DNA of 23,274 nt, from NCBI GenBank assembly GCA_030141605.1, contig JAQGDQ010001856.1, positions 1 to 23,274 on the forward strand, written 5' to 3'. Origin of the DNA: Tubiluchus corallicola. Lineage: Eukaryota; Animalia; Priapulida. A program made the position numbers and the translations under genes. Below are positions 1 through 12,632 of the stretch, piece by piece. The notes below the pieces were generated by a model. The model had not been told where the DNA came from. It saw only the letters and a list, made by a program, of their open reading frames with translations, and searched no databases. Within the stretch, counting starts at the first letter, position 1. Each line of letters opens with the position of its first letter.

Positions 1-254
1 TTTCTTTTGCACAAGACAAAACTGAAAATGTGTCAATATCATTCATAAAGAGCATTTATTTCTTCTGAAGCTTGACTGTATTCATTCATGCTTCAGGATT
101 ATTAGTTTGCTTCAGATCAAGTGCAAAAAGACGTCCATCAACAAATTTAATACTATCAGATGCCACACAGACACACACATTTATAAATAAGGATGTTAAA
201 ACATGCACAAAGATAAATTTTGATAAACGTAGTAGCATTTAGTAATTAGCGTAT

Positions 255-453
255 TAATAATAATAATTTCGTTCAGAACAAAGTGCAGAGGTAGCACCTT
301 AAGTAACACAATACTTGTATTCAAGGTGGTCCTGATTATTATTACTCGCGCGGTACTATGTTGGAGTCTTTGGAGAACTCGGATGGGAGTTGAACCTACG
401 ACCTCCAAAGGGGGGTGGGGTGAGTATGCTACATTTGCGCTATACACCCAGGT
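255..453 (-). mobile_element. tRNA-derived SINE-like element (left-arm copy)
   Basis: Mirror of 22822-23020. Confidence 0.6.
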
Positions 454-493
454 CTATAATTCGGTCATAATTACGAGTACTATGGCTACATAC

Positions 494-555
494 CAGTCTT
501 TATCAACTGGGACAATTCCCCACAGATCTAGTCCTTCTTCGGTTAACGTCCCAGT
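494..555 (-). CDS. ATP13A: P5B-type ATPase internal exon C (left-arm copy)
   Basis: Mirror of 22720-22781; visible as FQTGTLTEEGLDLWGIVPVDKDW in ORF 454..687. Confidence 0.9.
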
Positions 556-1121
556 CTGAAAAAACATGTTGAATGGTGAAACACTTTCTATAACTTCAGC
601 CTTGTAACTTTGTAATATTGCTTGTAACAACCAGTACAAACTCCTCGTCAAAAATATTGATTGCTGATACACACATTGCACAAACAAGCTGACTGTGTAA
701 AAGATAGTTATCTACCACCTAACTTGGCATTAAAAAAATTCCCGATTTTGTTAAGTGTTAAAAATGTTAACTCTGTAAATAAAAAAGCTTGAAATAAAAA
801 ACAATACTAAATTAAGTTCACGAAATTCTCTAGGATGAAAGAAAACAGCACAACTCACACATAATTTGCAATTTATTTGCTAGAATGTACTTAACTTCCA
901 GAATCGGTTGACACAGACGTAATAATGCTTTACACGCATTAATTCAAAAAATGTATAAACAAGCTGAAATATTTGCATTTATTTATATTGCCCTTTCCAC
1001 CTCACCTCTCCCCTCCCCCACCCAGAAAAGAAGATCTGATATCAGAATAGAGGTGCAAATGAAGAAGAAAAGTAACTGTTCAAACAAGAAAATTAAACTC
1101 TTTGACTCCAAAACTACTCAC

Positions 1122-1310
1122 TTTGTCAAAGCAAAAAAGTTTTAACTTTCCACTGACGTTGATTCGTGGCGGCGAAATGCAAAATATTCCTTGACCTTTT
1201 AAGCGGTTTTGTGCATAAATCGTTCCAACTGTCATTGCTGCAGGTAAAGAAGGTGGAACGACAATAGTGATGATATCAATGGCCCGTAATATGACTTCCT
1301 CGGTTCCCTC
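1122..1310 (-). CDS. ATP13A: P5B-type ATPase internal exon B (left-arm copy)
   Basis: Mirror of 21965-22153. Confidence 0.92.
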
Positions 1311-1529
1311 CTGAGAATATCACCAAATATTATCATGTTGAAAGAGAATGTATTATACTATCATTTTTACATCTATACAGAATAGAAAGTACTAGGCAAG
1401 TTAGCCAAAAACATTTTACATAATTTTTAATTAAGCAGCTAAACTAAACACACTGATAAAATATAAATTAAGAACTAATAAATATAGGAATCAATGGTTT
1501 CTCGACATATATGGGAAAAATGTGCATAC

Positions 1530-1687
1530 CCCATCCTGTATCTGCGCATATATACCATATGCCATACCACAGGTTGCAATAGCTCCCATGGCAAGCACAA
1601 ACTTGAATGCATCACTATAAAACTTGAAATCCATAGGCTTGGGAAATAAAATTGCATTGACCAATTCTCCTTTTGCCGTAGAAAAAC
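1530..1687 (-). CDS. ATP13A: P5B-type ATPase internal exon A (left-arm copy)
   Basis: Mirror of 21588-21745 with intact AG/GT boundaries. Confidence 0.9.
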
Positions 1688-2624
1688 CTAAAATGACAAA
1701 TTAGCTAGTTTGGTTAACTAAAAACTACGAAAAGAAAACATGATCGTTTGAAAGCAAAGTGTGGAAAAGGGAAATTGCAAAAAATTGAATCATACAATAG
1801 TACCAAGAACATGTTTATCGTCTGTGTACCATTTTTGTACACTACAACACCTAATATGAGTGAAAACTGATGTCACGAAAGTCATGGAAGATTGTTACTG
1901 ATTAATTATCAATTAAATATAAAGTATTTGGCTGTTTTGTCCAATCGCATCTTCTGCTATTCATTGTGCAACTTCTATTAAAAATCTGATAATTAGCAGC
2001 AAAATAATTCATAATTAGGGGTTCAAAAAGTTTTAACAGTTATTACTGTCAGAAATTGAGTCATTGAGAGCAGCTACCTGTAGGTAACATTCCTCTTAAC
2101 ACCAAAATCTTGTGAATACTTAATAAGCCTTGTTTTACAAAAGTTTTGCTAAAATCTGATTACTGCTGCAAGTTACTCACAGAGATTAAAATAATCCTTC
2201 AAATGTAGGTCAAACATCTAAATCTGGGTCAAGTCTGCTCAAGTCAACTGCACTCAATAGATAATCTCCTTTTTGGATATAATTCTTAATTCATAGAAAA
2301 AATATAGTTGTGTGAGGCACTTGGTAAATAAAATTTGGGCACAGGTTGGACTTATATTACATCAGCTGTAGAAGTCTAGTAAGCAAAGCCATTGGATTAC
2401 ATATCAGCTGTACAAAGTTAAACAATCATGAAATCCTTGAAAGTGAAATGGATTGAGTGATTCATTCCAGAAGTTTGTAACATGTGACTGAACTTTTCCC
2501 ACTTCTCAGATGTAACCCGTTGCCAAAACACTGTTGCCTGACAACATCAATTTGCATTTGTTCCAGTATTTTTTTATTCTATGTTTGAGAGATACCTTCT
2601 TATTCTAAATGTAATCTAATGTAG

Positions 2625-3578
<954 letters not shown>

Positions 3579-4197
3579 ATGCTATGAGCAAGGGAGGATA
3601 ATAGTACATACATAGCTTACGTTTTAAAAAGAGAGGGGGCCTAATTTCAAACCTGCATGTATGAAACATTAACCAAAGTCCACCTTTAAGTTGACCACCA
3701 GATGGAGCCACGCAACGCAACGTATATTATAAATAATAATATGTCCTTCTAGTTTGGTCTTTCAAGATATTAATCCAGCCAACGTGAATTGCGAACTTAC
3801 GAAACATGAACACCACCATCAACAAATTTCCAACACTTTCCTTGTGAAACTTTTCTGATTATTATTGGTTATTAAACTTTAACTGTATCATCACAATTAT
3901 CAAATTTGCACTATCACAGTCCAATTAAGCAACTCCAGTCATTTTTACACCAAGGCTACTGCTCCTAAAACACACACGACGATAATTACACCCTCTCTTT
4001 TGCCGAGTTGTTCAGTACTAATAGAAGCTGATAGCTTAAACAGAAGCCAGTTACTGTGAATGGGATACCAAAACAGCGAATCTCTGCTGGGTTAGTGGCC
4101 GGAGCTGATGAAGCCGGGTGTCCACGCTGTGCTAAACTGCTGCAGTTTTATTGAAATGTAAATGAAAGAATGAAAGATTGTTTTACTGCCTGGTTGA

Positions 4198-4697
4198 ATG
4201 ACTGATTAACTCACTAAGTGGCTGATTGACTGACAGACCGACTGACTGACTGACTAACTGACTGACTGACTGACTGACTGACTGACTGACTGACTGACTG
4301 ACTGACTGACTGACTGACTGACTGACTGACTGACTGACTGACTGACTGACTGACTGACTGACTGACTGACTGACTGACTGATTAGCTGACTGACTAATTA
4401 ATTTGATTTTGATTTATTACTGTATTACTGTATGACTGATTAACTCACTAAGTGGCTGATTGACTGACAGACCGACTGACTGAGACTGACTGACTGACTG
4501 ACTGACTGACTGACTGACTGAATGACTGACTGACTGATTGACTGACTGACTGACTGACTGACTGACTGACTGACTGACTGACTGACTGACTGACTGACTG
4601 ACTGACTGACTGACTGACTGACTGACTGACTGATTAGCTGACTGACTGACTGATTAGCTGACTGACTAATTAATTTGATTTTGATTTATTACTGTAT
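4198..4697. repeat. Two (ACTG)n arrays inside a duplicated ~230-265-bp unit (mirror ~18570-19069)
   Basis: Both arrays start atgactgattaactcactaagtggctgattgactgacagaccg and end ttagctgactgactaattaatttgattttgatttattactgtat. Confidence 0.97.
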
Positions 4698-5050
4698 TTC
4701 AAACATAAATTCATAGAAAAAATACACAAATAATAGATTAACGACAATAAGGTATAAATAAATAAACAATTTGACTGACTTACTGACTGACCACCTGACA
4801 GGCTGGCTCATTTGTTCGTCTTTTTATTCAGTCATTTATTCACTCCCTGTCTATTTGCCTGACTGCCGAAACCACCTGAAATGCTGAACAAGTGCATTCA
4901 TCTAATTTGTCTGCTAAGCAGTTCTGATTAACCAACTGACTAAGCACGCTCACGAACAAATCATGACATTTTATGAAAAAGTTTTTACTTGTTATTTTGA
5001 TATTTAGATGTTTGTTGCTATAACTTCTCGTGTGATTTATGTGCTCACCT

Positions 5051-5512
<462 letters not shown>

Positions 5513-6379
5513 AGTCATGAAAACAGCTCAATAATAGTTTATTTGATTATTTACATCAATATTATTTTGAAATTTAACAACTATGGCGCTAACATCGATT
5601 GTTTTAATTAACAACTAAAATAATTATGTACACAATGCAACATTGTCGCGTGACAAACACGACAAATAAACAAATTTCTTTTGCATTAAAAACATCCTCT
5701 AACAAATTCGCAATAGCCCAAGCCTCAAGCTGTTGTAAATTAAAATCAAGTAGAATACAAGTGCTGCCGTCTATACGAAAAAATACAAAACGTATCACCT
5801 TGTAACAAAATTCATTAAAATTTACCAGCACAACGATATCACAAGCTTATAAAATACTGGTCGGCTTAACATAAAAAAATCAATCATAAACAATGATCAT
5901 TACATAAAATTATCAATTCGTCTTCATATTTTACCTCTTTAAGTAATCTGTAATATTTAATTCGTCAATTTAATATAAAAAAGAATGTTAATACTCAGAC
6001 AATCAAAATTATTTTACGAAAATCATCTAAAAAATGGCCTAACCAACACCTACTAAATTATAGCAAATAAGAGAGGCTGTTAAGTAACAATATCCCGCAC
6101 TATTTTTAATACGGACTTCTTCTTGATAATGTAGTGCTACACGGGCTGTCAAGAGTTTCTGTAACTGTTAATTTGTTGTTCGTAAAATTATGTCATAAAA
6201 TATTATCTCTAATTAATCCATTTCTACGCGTTTATCCTTATTTACCGTCTTGTCGGGCATATCAAAACAGTTTTAGAAGTAAAAAAAATGGTACAACTTT
6301 TTTCCAGAAGGCAAAAATGAGCTCGAGTTCACTAACACTAAGCAAATAATACAAGAAGCATTGGAGCTCAAGGGCTTTG

Positions 6380-6564
6380 TTTTACACGGTAAAGATTGTG
6401 ATATTTTGCAGACCATAGCCGCTTACCTTCAGCAGGCTTGATGAAGAAGCATAAGCATGCATGACAAAGAATTAACCTTACATTGCTGCTTATGCTACTT
6501 TGTCACATCTGCTGACCATAAGCTACTGTGGTCTATGAAACATTGTAAGTTTTACCGAGTAAAA
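6380..6564. repeat. Imperfect ~185-bp foldback or hairpin element (mirror ~16703-16887)
   Basis: ttttacacggtaaagattgtgatattttgcagaccatagccgcttaccttcagcag...agcataagca aligns without gaps to the reverse complement of 6487-6564 (ttttactcggtaaaacttacaatgtttcatagaccacagtagcttatggtcagcag...agcataagca). Confidence 0.8.
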
Positions 6565-6914
6565 TAAAATTTTATTATTTTTATTTTTGTTTGAGTAGGA
6601 AGAAGATTATTAATAGAAGTAGTTTAGCAAGAGACAACAATCTAATTCAGTAACCTACGAGAAATAAGAACTACAACACCTATGCTTTACTATAGACATG
6701 TATTTGGCAGCCTATGCACTTAAAGCAATGAGCAAATGTGTAGTTAAAATGAGGTACTTCAAAATGTAGATAACTTGCTCTGTGTGCTATAGAGACACAG
6801 TACTTAATGCCACACTGTAAGAAACTGTACAGAGTATAAAGCGGGATTCACAGCTTAAGCTACTATTCAGGGTACACAGTGTTTAATGCATATCTGTAAG
6901 ATAATCTAGAGCCT

Positions 6915-7310
6915 AGATGTACTGCAGATCACGTAAGTGTAGGGACTCTATAGTACACACATTGTGCAGAATGCGTGACTGTAGGCTAATCGACAGTACA
7001 TACATAATGCAGAGTGCGTAATTGTGGAACTCAGGGTATTCTACGGTGTTCGTACAGTGTAGAATGCACAACTGCAGGGTACTCTGCAGTGTATGCACAG
7101 AGTAGAATGCACAACTGTGAGGTACGCTGCAGTGTATGCACAGTGTACAATATGCAACTGTATGGTACTCTACAGTGCGGAGCATGCACATTGCAGAATA
7201 CGCAATTGTATGATGCTCTACAGTGCTCTCACAGTGCAGAATGCACAACAGTCGGGTACACTGCAACACACATGCAACGCAATGCTTAATTGTAAGGTGC
7301 AGTACTGACA
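6915..7310. repeat. Degenerate ~43-bp minisatellite (mirror ~15958-16353)
   Basis: agaatgcacaactgYRRggtacKctgcagtgtatgcacagWgt units at 7061 and 7104, with more diverged copies on both sides. Confidence 0.85.
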
Positions 7311-7484
7311 CAACTGAATAAAGCCTTGATGGCAGATTGCACTAACTGTCAAAGCAATTACTAGTAGTCTAACACTCATCATCAGGGATAAGTTAAAATT
7401 TACGTAATAAGTAGAGAGTTGATTTGATAAGTAGTCACCATTATGTTAATGATCATAAAGAACGCTGAATGGACAGAAGAAATA

Positions 7485-7862
7485 AGCCTTTTCACAGTTT
7501 CGATGTGCGCACGAGCAGTTGCTGTAGGTCAAAGGTTAAGATCACAGAAACGCGTCCTAACTACAACCTTCACGTGACACGTGTATAAAGCAAAGCTGTA
7601 TGCCGTATCAGTTCAGTAACTTCATTAGTTTTACTTGGACTTTACTTAATTATGCATTAGTCTGCGCATAAAGTGATTTACTAGCAGGATCTTGCTTGGG
7701 AACAAGAAAACGTGAACTAGGTAAAGTCCTAGCCAGCTGTTAATACTGTTGCTATAACATGAGCTGCGAGGCGTTGTCAACTGTACACAAATGTGTTGTC
7801 TGGAACAATTAACCTTTGACATTTTCACGATCATCATCAATCGTTGGAACTGTGAAAAGCCT
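7485..7862. mobile_element. MITE-like element, ~380 bp, TA-flanked (mirror 15389-15769)
   Basis: 5' end AGCCTTTTCACAGTTTCGATG vs reverse complement of 3' end AGGCTTTTCACAGTTCCAACG. Subterminal inverted pair gtcaaaggttaa (~7528) and ttaacctttgac (~7809). TA at 7483-84 and 7863-64. Confidence 0.65.
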
Positions 7863-8462
7863 TATGAGATAAGTCCAACAAAGAAAACACGTTATAATGC
7901 TGAAATGGTTTTGGAAAATTAAAGACGTTACATCTCTTCTGCATCTTGACAGTTATTTAAGTTAGTAATTCTGTAAGAGATACTCAGTACTGCACAGATG
8001 TCAAAAATCTTAATTGGTAGTCTTAACTTCCGTAATAAAAATGTCGTGGTAGTCTTAATTTCCATAATAAAAATAAAAAATAATAATTATGTGAAGTCAT
8101 TTCACGAAAATAATAGATAGTGAAATTTGAATTTAATTTAAATTTGAAGTTGGGTTTTTTAATTTAACGAGTCCATTTCAGTAAAAGAGGCATAAACGAA
8201 TTTTGAAATGGGGCACTAAACCAGTTTTCCAACACAAATATTCGAATTCATATATTTCCGTAGTTTTCAAGTGCAAATTATCCTATCACGTGACCATCAC
8301 GTGGCTTTGTGCAACACTTGTACTTCCAGGTACTCCCATTCCAAATCTTATGCACGTACAAGCTTCCCTAACTGCTCACCTTTCTTTAAACTTAGTCAAA
8401 TACTTTTTATAACAATGGTGTAGATAGTTGTGAAATCACAAAAGTTTGTCATGTACCAGATA

Positions 8463-9108
8463 AGTGTGGACGAGCAGAAAAGTAGAACAATTCCGTTGGA
8501 TTTCATTACTGTTCAGTGGTGGCTTATTTATAGGTACCGTACCACGCCCTATTTTCACTCAATAGTCTCAATGTTTGTTTAAAATTACAATTACAAATTA
8601 GAGCATTAAAATTACATATGTTTCTTTGGTTTTTATACAGTATTAAAACAATGGCAAAACATTTTCTGAAGCAGCACTCAGTAATTTTAGCCACGAGCCA
8701 CCACTGTTACTATAGCTTATCATCTGTCATTTTGGCATTTGTCACTTAGCATCTGTCATTTTTGGCATTTTGTGGTAAGTTTGACAGTTCTCGGTGCACT
8801 CACACAGATGTGGCTCATTTAACACTGGTTGAATTGGTGCCACATTTTGATTCTCATTCCCACGTCAGTGAATATTCTCTGTGTCATCGAAAGCAAGTTA
8901 GGCATCTTGCATAGAGAGTGTCAAGCTTTCCTTTTTGTAACCAGGGATTTTCCTGGCCACATCAGTAAATATTCCCTGTGTCTTGGAATGCAAGTTAGCC
9001 AATCTTGCACAGAGCGTGTCAAGCTTTTCTTTTTGTAACCAGGGACTTTCCCGGCCTCATCCTTGTAGCTTTTCCCTTAAGTAGATGCTTTCTCTGCTCG
9101 TCCACACC
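8463..9108. mobile_element. MITE-like element after the Kv1 stop (left-arm copy)
   Basis: Mirror of 14143-14788. Confidence 0.6.
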
Positions 9109-9111
9109 TAG

Positions 9112-10539
9112 TCAGATTTGCGTCTCGGTCTCGGCGTCACTATCGTCGGATTCACCGTCATAGTCATCGTCATCGTTGTTGCTGTAAGCGTCAACCTCTG
9201 AGTGATGATGATAGTAGTAGTCAAAATTTGACACGATAATAGGAACAGGCAGGGCAATGGTCAACACCCCCGAAATCACACATAATGATCCTACAAGCTT
9301 TCCCCAGGGAGTTTCCGGCACCAGATCTCCGTAACCGATTGTCGTCATCGTCACAATCGCCCACCAGAAAGCAGCAGGAATGCTGGGAAATTTGGTTCCA
9401 GTCGGATTGTCTTGTTCCGCAAAGAACACGGCAGAACTGAACAGAACCGTTCCGATCAGGAGAAAAAATATGAGCAGACCCAGTTCAGGAGTGCTGGCCT
9501 TGAGAGTCAAGCCAATGATTTGGAGTCCTTTGTAATGTCGGGAAAGTTTGAATATCCTAAACACGCGCACCAGTCTGAACACACGTAATACAGCCAGCGA
9601 CATGGCGCCCATGTTAGACGTCTCGTTGGCAAGGGCAATGCCCAGCGTCACAAAGAATGGAATGATAGCAATGAAGTCGATGACATTCATGAAACTCTTC
9701 CAGAACTTGACCTTCTCCGGACAAGAGGAAAACCTCATGAACAGTTCAAAGGTGAACCACGTAACACAGATGGTCTCAATGACGAAGAACGGATCTTTGA
9801 ACGCCTCCTCGAGTTCGGTTAGAGAAATGGTGGCGTTCTCCTTTAACCGAATCATGTTTTGTACTGATGGCAATGTTTCCACACAAAACACAACAACGGA
9901 CAGAACAATGACACTGACTGATATCAGCGCTACGATGCGAGCCATGGAAGAACTATCGGGATGCTCGAAAAGCTGCCAAATCTTTCTCTGCAGATCGCTT
10001 TTTGGCAACTTCCTCTCTTTCTCCTCGACGAGGCCCTCCTTGAGGCGAAATTTATCCAAAACAGCATCACCCAATTGAAAGAACTTGATTTCACTAGCAA
10101 ACACTTCTATTGGCACATTTGCTGGTCTCTGCAAACGACCGTGACTCTGATAGTAATGGAGTATGGCATCGAAACTTGGTCGATGTCGGTCAAAATAATA
10201 CTCATTTCTTAAGGGATCGAAGTATTTTCGACGTTTATTCGGATCCCCAAGTAGAGAGTGCGGATAACGTCTCAAAGTCTTGGCTCTAGTTTCGAACCTC
10301 AGCCCGCTAACGTTCACCGTTATTCGTTCGTTCGGATTATGACCAGAAGGGGCGCTGCCGTGGCTGCGCAGGTGATCTGAATGGGTCTTGGTGATCACGT
10401 GGTCACCCGCTGCTGATTCTTGAAGAGGAACTAGTTCTCCAGATTTGATGCTTTGGTCGTTGAGGCTGGGATTATTCCAGACGTCGGTCTCCCTGTGCCC
10501 TGCAACGTCACAGTCACAATCTTCTTTTGCTTCCCCCAT
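9112..10539 (-). CDS. KCNA: Voltage-gated potassium channel, Shaker/Kv1 (KCNA-like) alpha subunit, 475 aa, intronless CDS (left copy)
   Basis: Protein identical to 12712-14139. One synonymous difference seen at His56 (CAC at 10372 vs CAT at 12879). Confidence 0.97.
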   Translation of the reverse strand: MGEAKEDCDCDVAGHRETDVWNNPSLNDQSIKSGELVPLQESAAGDHVITKTHSDHLRSHGSAPSGHNPNERITVNVSGLRFETRAKTLRRYPHSLLGDPNKRRKYFDPLRNEYYFDRHRPSFDAILHYYQSHGRLQRPANVPIEVFASEIKFFQLGDAVLDKFRLKEGLVEEKERKLPKSDLQRKIWQLFEHPDSSSMARIVALISVSVIVLSVVVFCVETLPSVQNMIRLKENATISLTELEEAFKDPFFVIETICVTWFTFELFMRFSSCPEKVKFWKSFMNVIDFIAIIPFFVTLGIALANETSNMGAMSLAVLRVFRLVRVFRIFKLSRHYKGLQIIGLTLKASTPELGLLIFFLLIGTVLFSSAVFFAEQDNPTGTKFPSIPAAFWWAIVTMTTIGYGDLVPETPWGKLVGSLCVISGVLTIALPVPIIVSNFDYYYHHHSEVDAYSNNDDDDYDGESDDSDAETETQI

Positions 10540-11486
10540 TTGTCTACAGATGGCGCTGCGAGGTTACAATAAAAAGCCAGGTTTGTCGGCTGCAGGCAGC
10601 GTGAAAGATTTCACCATTCTGGAAAGCGAAATTAATAATATTAATAATAATAATAAACGCTTTATTTCCATTATTATAAACTAATTCACTCTTATCTTAT
10701 CTATCCATATCTTGATTTTGCATCCAATTCCATCTTATTTTATTTCACCTTTTTTTTGACTGCATTTGAATTTCAATCAAACCGTACGGATGTATACTCT
10801 TTACTAATAATTAATTATCATAATCTCAGATGAGATAACTGATTTACTTAAAACCAGTTCTCACCTAATGCGAATTTGTAATGTTTTACCGTATGTTTGA
10901 TTTGCTATATGTATATGATAGTATCGTACTTTCTGAACTTCTTTGTTTGCTCGTAATGATTCAATGAGACGCATTGTGCTTGAATTCAGTGGCTTTAGAG
11001 TTTTTGCCTGTGAAAGTATATCGTTGAAGAGGCTTCACAAAACATCACTGATGTTATTGTTTAGTAGATAGTCTGCGTTGATGAACCAGCTGGTCATCAA
11101 TCAGCTGAAAAAGTTGATGTTGATGACGATGATTATTGTCCGTGTTGTCCATTTTGCCATGAATGGTGAATGACCAGTGAGAATTACAAACTAATTTAGA
11201 GGCGACTGTCACAAAAAACTGAGCTACCTAGTCTAATCTGAGATTATATTTCTGCCCCAACTTTAGAGGTGGCAGCACGAGTCCAGTCTTTGAAAATTTC
11301 ATATATTTTTTTGTTTAAAACATTTAACCATATTAAGGAAAAACGGGAAACTCCTCTCTGTTTTGTTTTAATTCTAAGCCAGTTCCTTGAAGCACAAGAA
11401 AACAAACTGTTACATCAAATAAACAAACAGATCAACAAGCAAAATAACATTAGTTAACAAGATTAGTAATCAATGAATATACACAA

Positions 11487-12019
11487 TTAAGTGAGATTAA
11501 GATACGTTAGTATGGCGCACAACTCATTCCTGTCAAAAACATCAAAACAATTACGTTCTAGAGACCATATATCTTCTTTAATGAAATTTACAGTTCATTT
11601 TTGTTCTTTGCTAGCATAAATTCTTACATCTAATGTACAGAAAAAAAACTTTAGAAAGAAAATTTCCATTTGTGTAAAAGTGTTTGACCTCGTTACAAAT
11701 AGATAACAAATTGTAACCCATTATAGAAGAGGCATGAAATCGAAAATTATGTGCAAAGAAATTGGCTATGTGCTTTTCACTATATAACGAACTATGGTGA
11801 AATTTAACAAATCGTTTCTGCAACTGTTTAAGTGGGGGAACAATATTATATATAAAAGGAAGACAGTATCTGTGAGATTTAAAGGGTAAAATTCCAAAAC
11901 ATTCTTACTGCAATATTCCAAGATGTACTTAATTTAGAAATTTTACTGCCGAGTTTCCAGGTTTGACTTCGAGAGTAACTGTGACAGTAGCTACGAAAGA
12001 CACGTGATTTTAAATAATG
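11487..12019 (-). mobile_element. Decayed non-LTR retrotransposon (LINE) ORF2 C-terminal fragment
   Basis: Manual translation with frameshifts and stops: HYLKSRVFRSYCHSYSRSQTWKLGSKISKLSTSWNIAVRMFWN/LPFKSHRYCLPFIYNIVSPLKQLQKRFVKFHHSSLYSEKHIANFFAHNFRFHASSIMGYNLLSIC...VNFIKEDI...DRNELCAILTYLNLT*. Resembles the post-RT tail (LF.SYC..FYGSQ.W...WN.AVR..W.LP..H..LP....QL.KRF.KF) of invertebrate LINEs. A T-rich 3' UTR-like stretch follows to ~11390. Recognised from memory; clade not assigned. Confidence 0.75.
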
Positions 12020-12066
12020 TTAGGTTAAATTAATGCTTATAGCGATTATCTGCAAAATCATAAAAA

Positions 12067-12442
12067 TATTTTTGTAAACCACATGTGTTAGAGCAGGATC
12101 TTCCTAGAGTACGTAAGGAAACCTACACAAAATTCTTCGTTAGCGCGCATAGATTACAAATTACCACGATATACCAGACCTAAAACACCTCTTAATATGA
12201 GAAATTGTATTTTATGTAAGAATGGGAGCACGGACGATGAATTCCACGTTAGTATGCAATGCAATGTTTATTGTTAAAAAAGGATCGCATTCTTAAATCA
12301 AATATCAGATATTCTTACAGAATTCTCATCCATGTGTGATATTGATAAATTTATATTTTTAAACGAAATTGGAGATGTGGAAGTTAAGAAATGCTTGATT
12401 AACTATCTGCATAAAATTTCAACAATGCGTCATTCTAAATAA
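12067..12442 (+). mobile_element. Decayed non-LTR retrotransposon (LINE) ORF2 C-terminal zinc-knuckle fragment
   Basis: YFCKPHVLEQDLPRVRKETYTKFFVSAHRLQI/RYTRPKTPLNMRNCILCKNGSTDDEFHVSMQCNVYC*KRIAFLNQI...STMRHSK*. Matches the KFR.SAH.L.IE.GRY...R.C..C...EDEFH...C pattern of LINE ORF2 C-termini. One frameshift at ~12166 and a stop at 12275. Confidence 0.8.
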
Positions 12443-12493
12443 GGAGGTACGAATTAATTTTGCCAAAAATTAATGTAATGAATCAGCACTGTG

Positions 12494-12553
<60 letters not shown>
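12494..12553. repeat. Compound (AT)n(GT)n microsatellite
   Basis: atatatat... then gtgtgtgt... ending about 16 bp before the right-arm boundary. Confidence 0.97.
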
Positions 12554-12556
<3 letters not shown>

Positions 12557-12600
12557 AGTGTTTGTTATGGTTTATAATAATGGAAATAAAGCGTTTATTA

Positions 12601-12632
12601 TTATTATTAATATTATTAATTTCGCTTTCCAG
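12601..12632 (+). promoter_or_regulatory. Candidate 3' splice acceptor for the Kv1 coding exon (mirror 10619-10650)
   Basis: AT-rich tract then ttcgctttccag|, 79 nt upstream of the ATG, with a shift to higher GC after the AG. Confidence 0.5.

Larger units (their letters stand above)
10682..12569. other. Unique 1888-bp spacer of the palindrome
   Basis: No mirror symmetry between 10682 and 12569. Contains two LINE remnants and a (TA)n(TG)n tract. Confidence 0.95.

Noticed and set aside
3940-4153. Locally GC-richer island with a short open frame (KQKPVTVNGIPKQRISAGLVAGADEAGCPRCAKLLQFY)
   Set aside because: No recognisable homology, no convincing splice pair, and it does not resemble the missing ATP13A exons on either strand.
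5640-5870. Possible very old LINE 3' end (QIRNSPSLKLL*IKIK)
   Set aside because: The similarity is too short and interrupted to support without a search.
6913-7311. Cys/His-rich ORFs suggestive of zinc fingers
   Set aside because: They derive from the 43-bp tandem repeat, are open in several frames, and show no consistent finger spacing.
9548-10684. ORFs 9548-10078, 9961-10212, 10445-10684 and mirrors 13173-13703, 13039-13290, 12483-12806
   Set aside because: Antisense shadows of the Kv1 CDS with no recognisable protein features.
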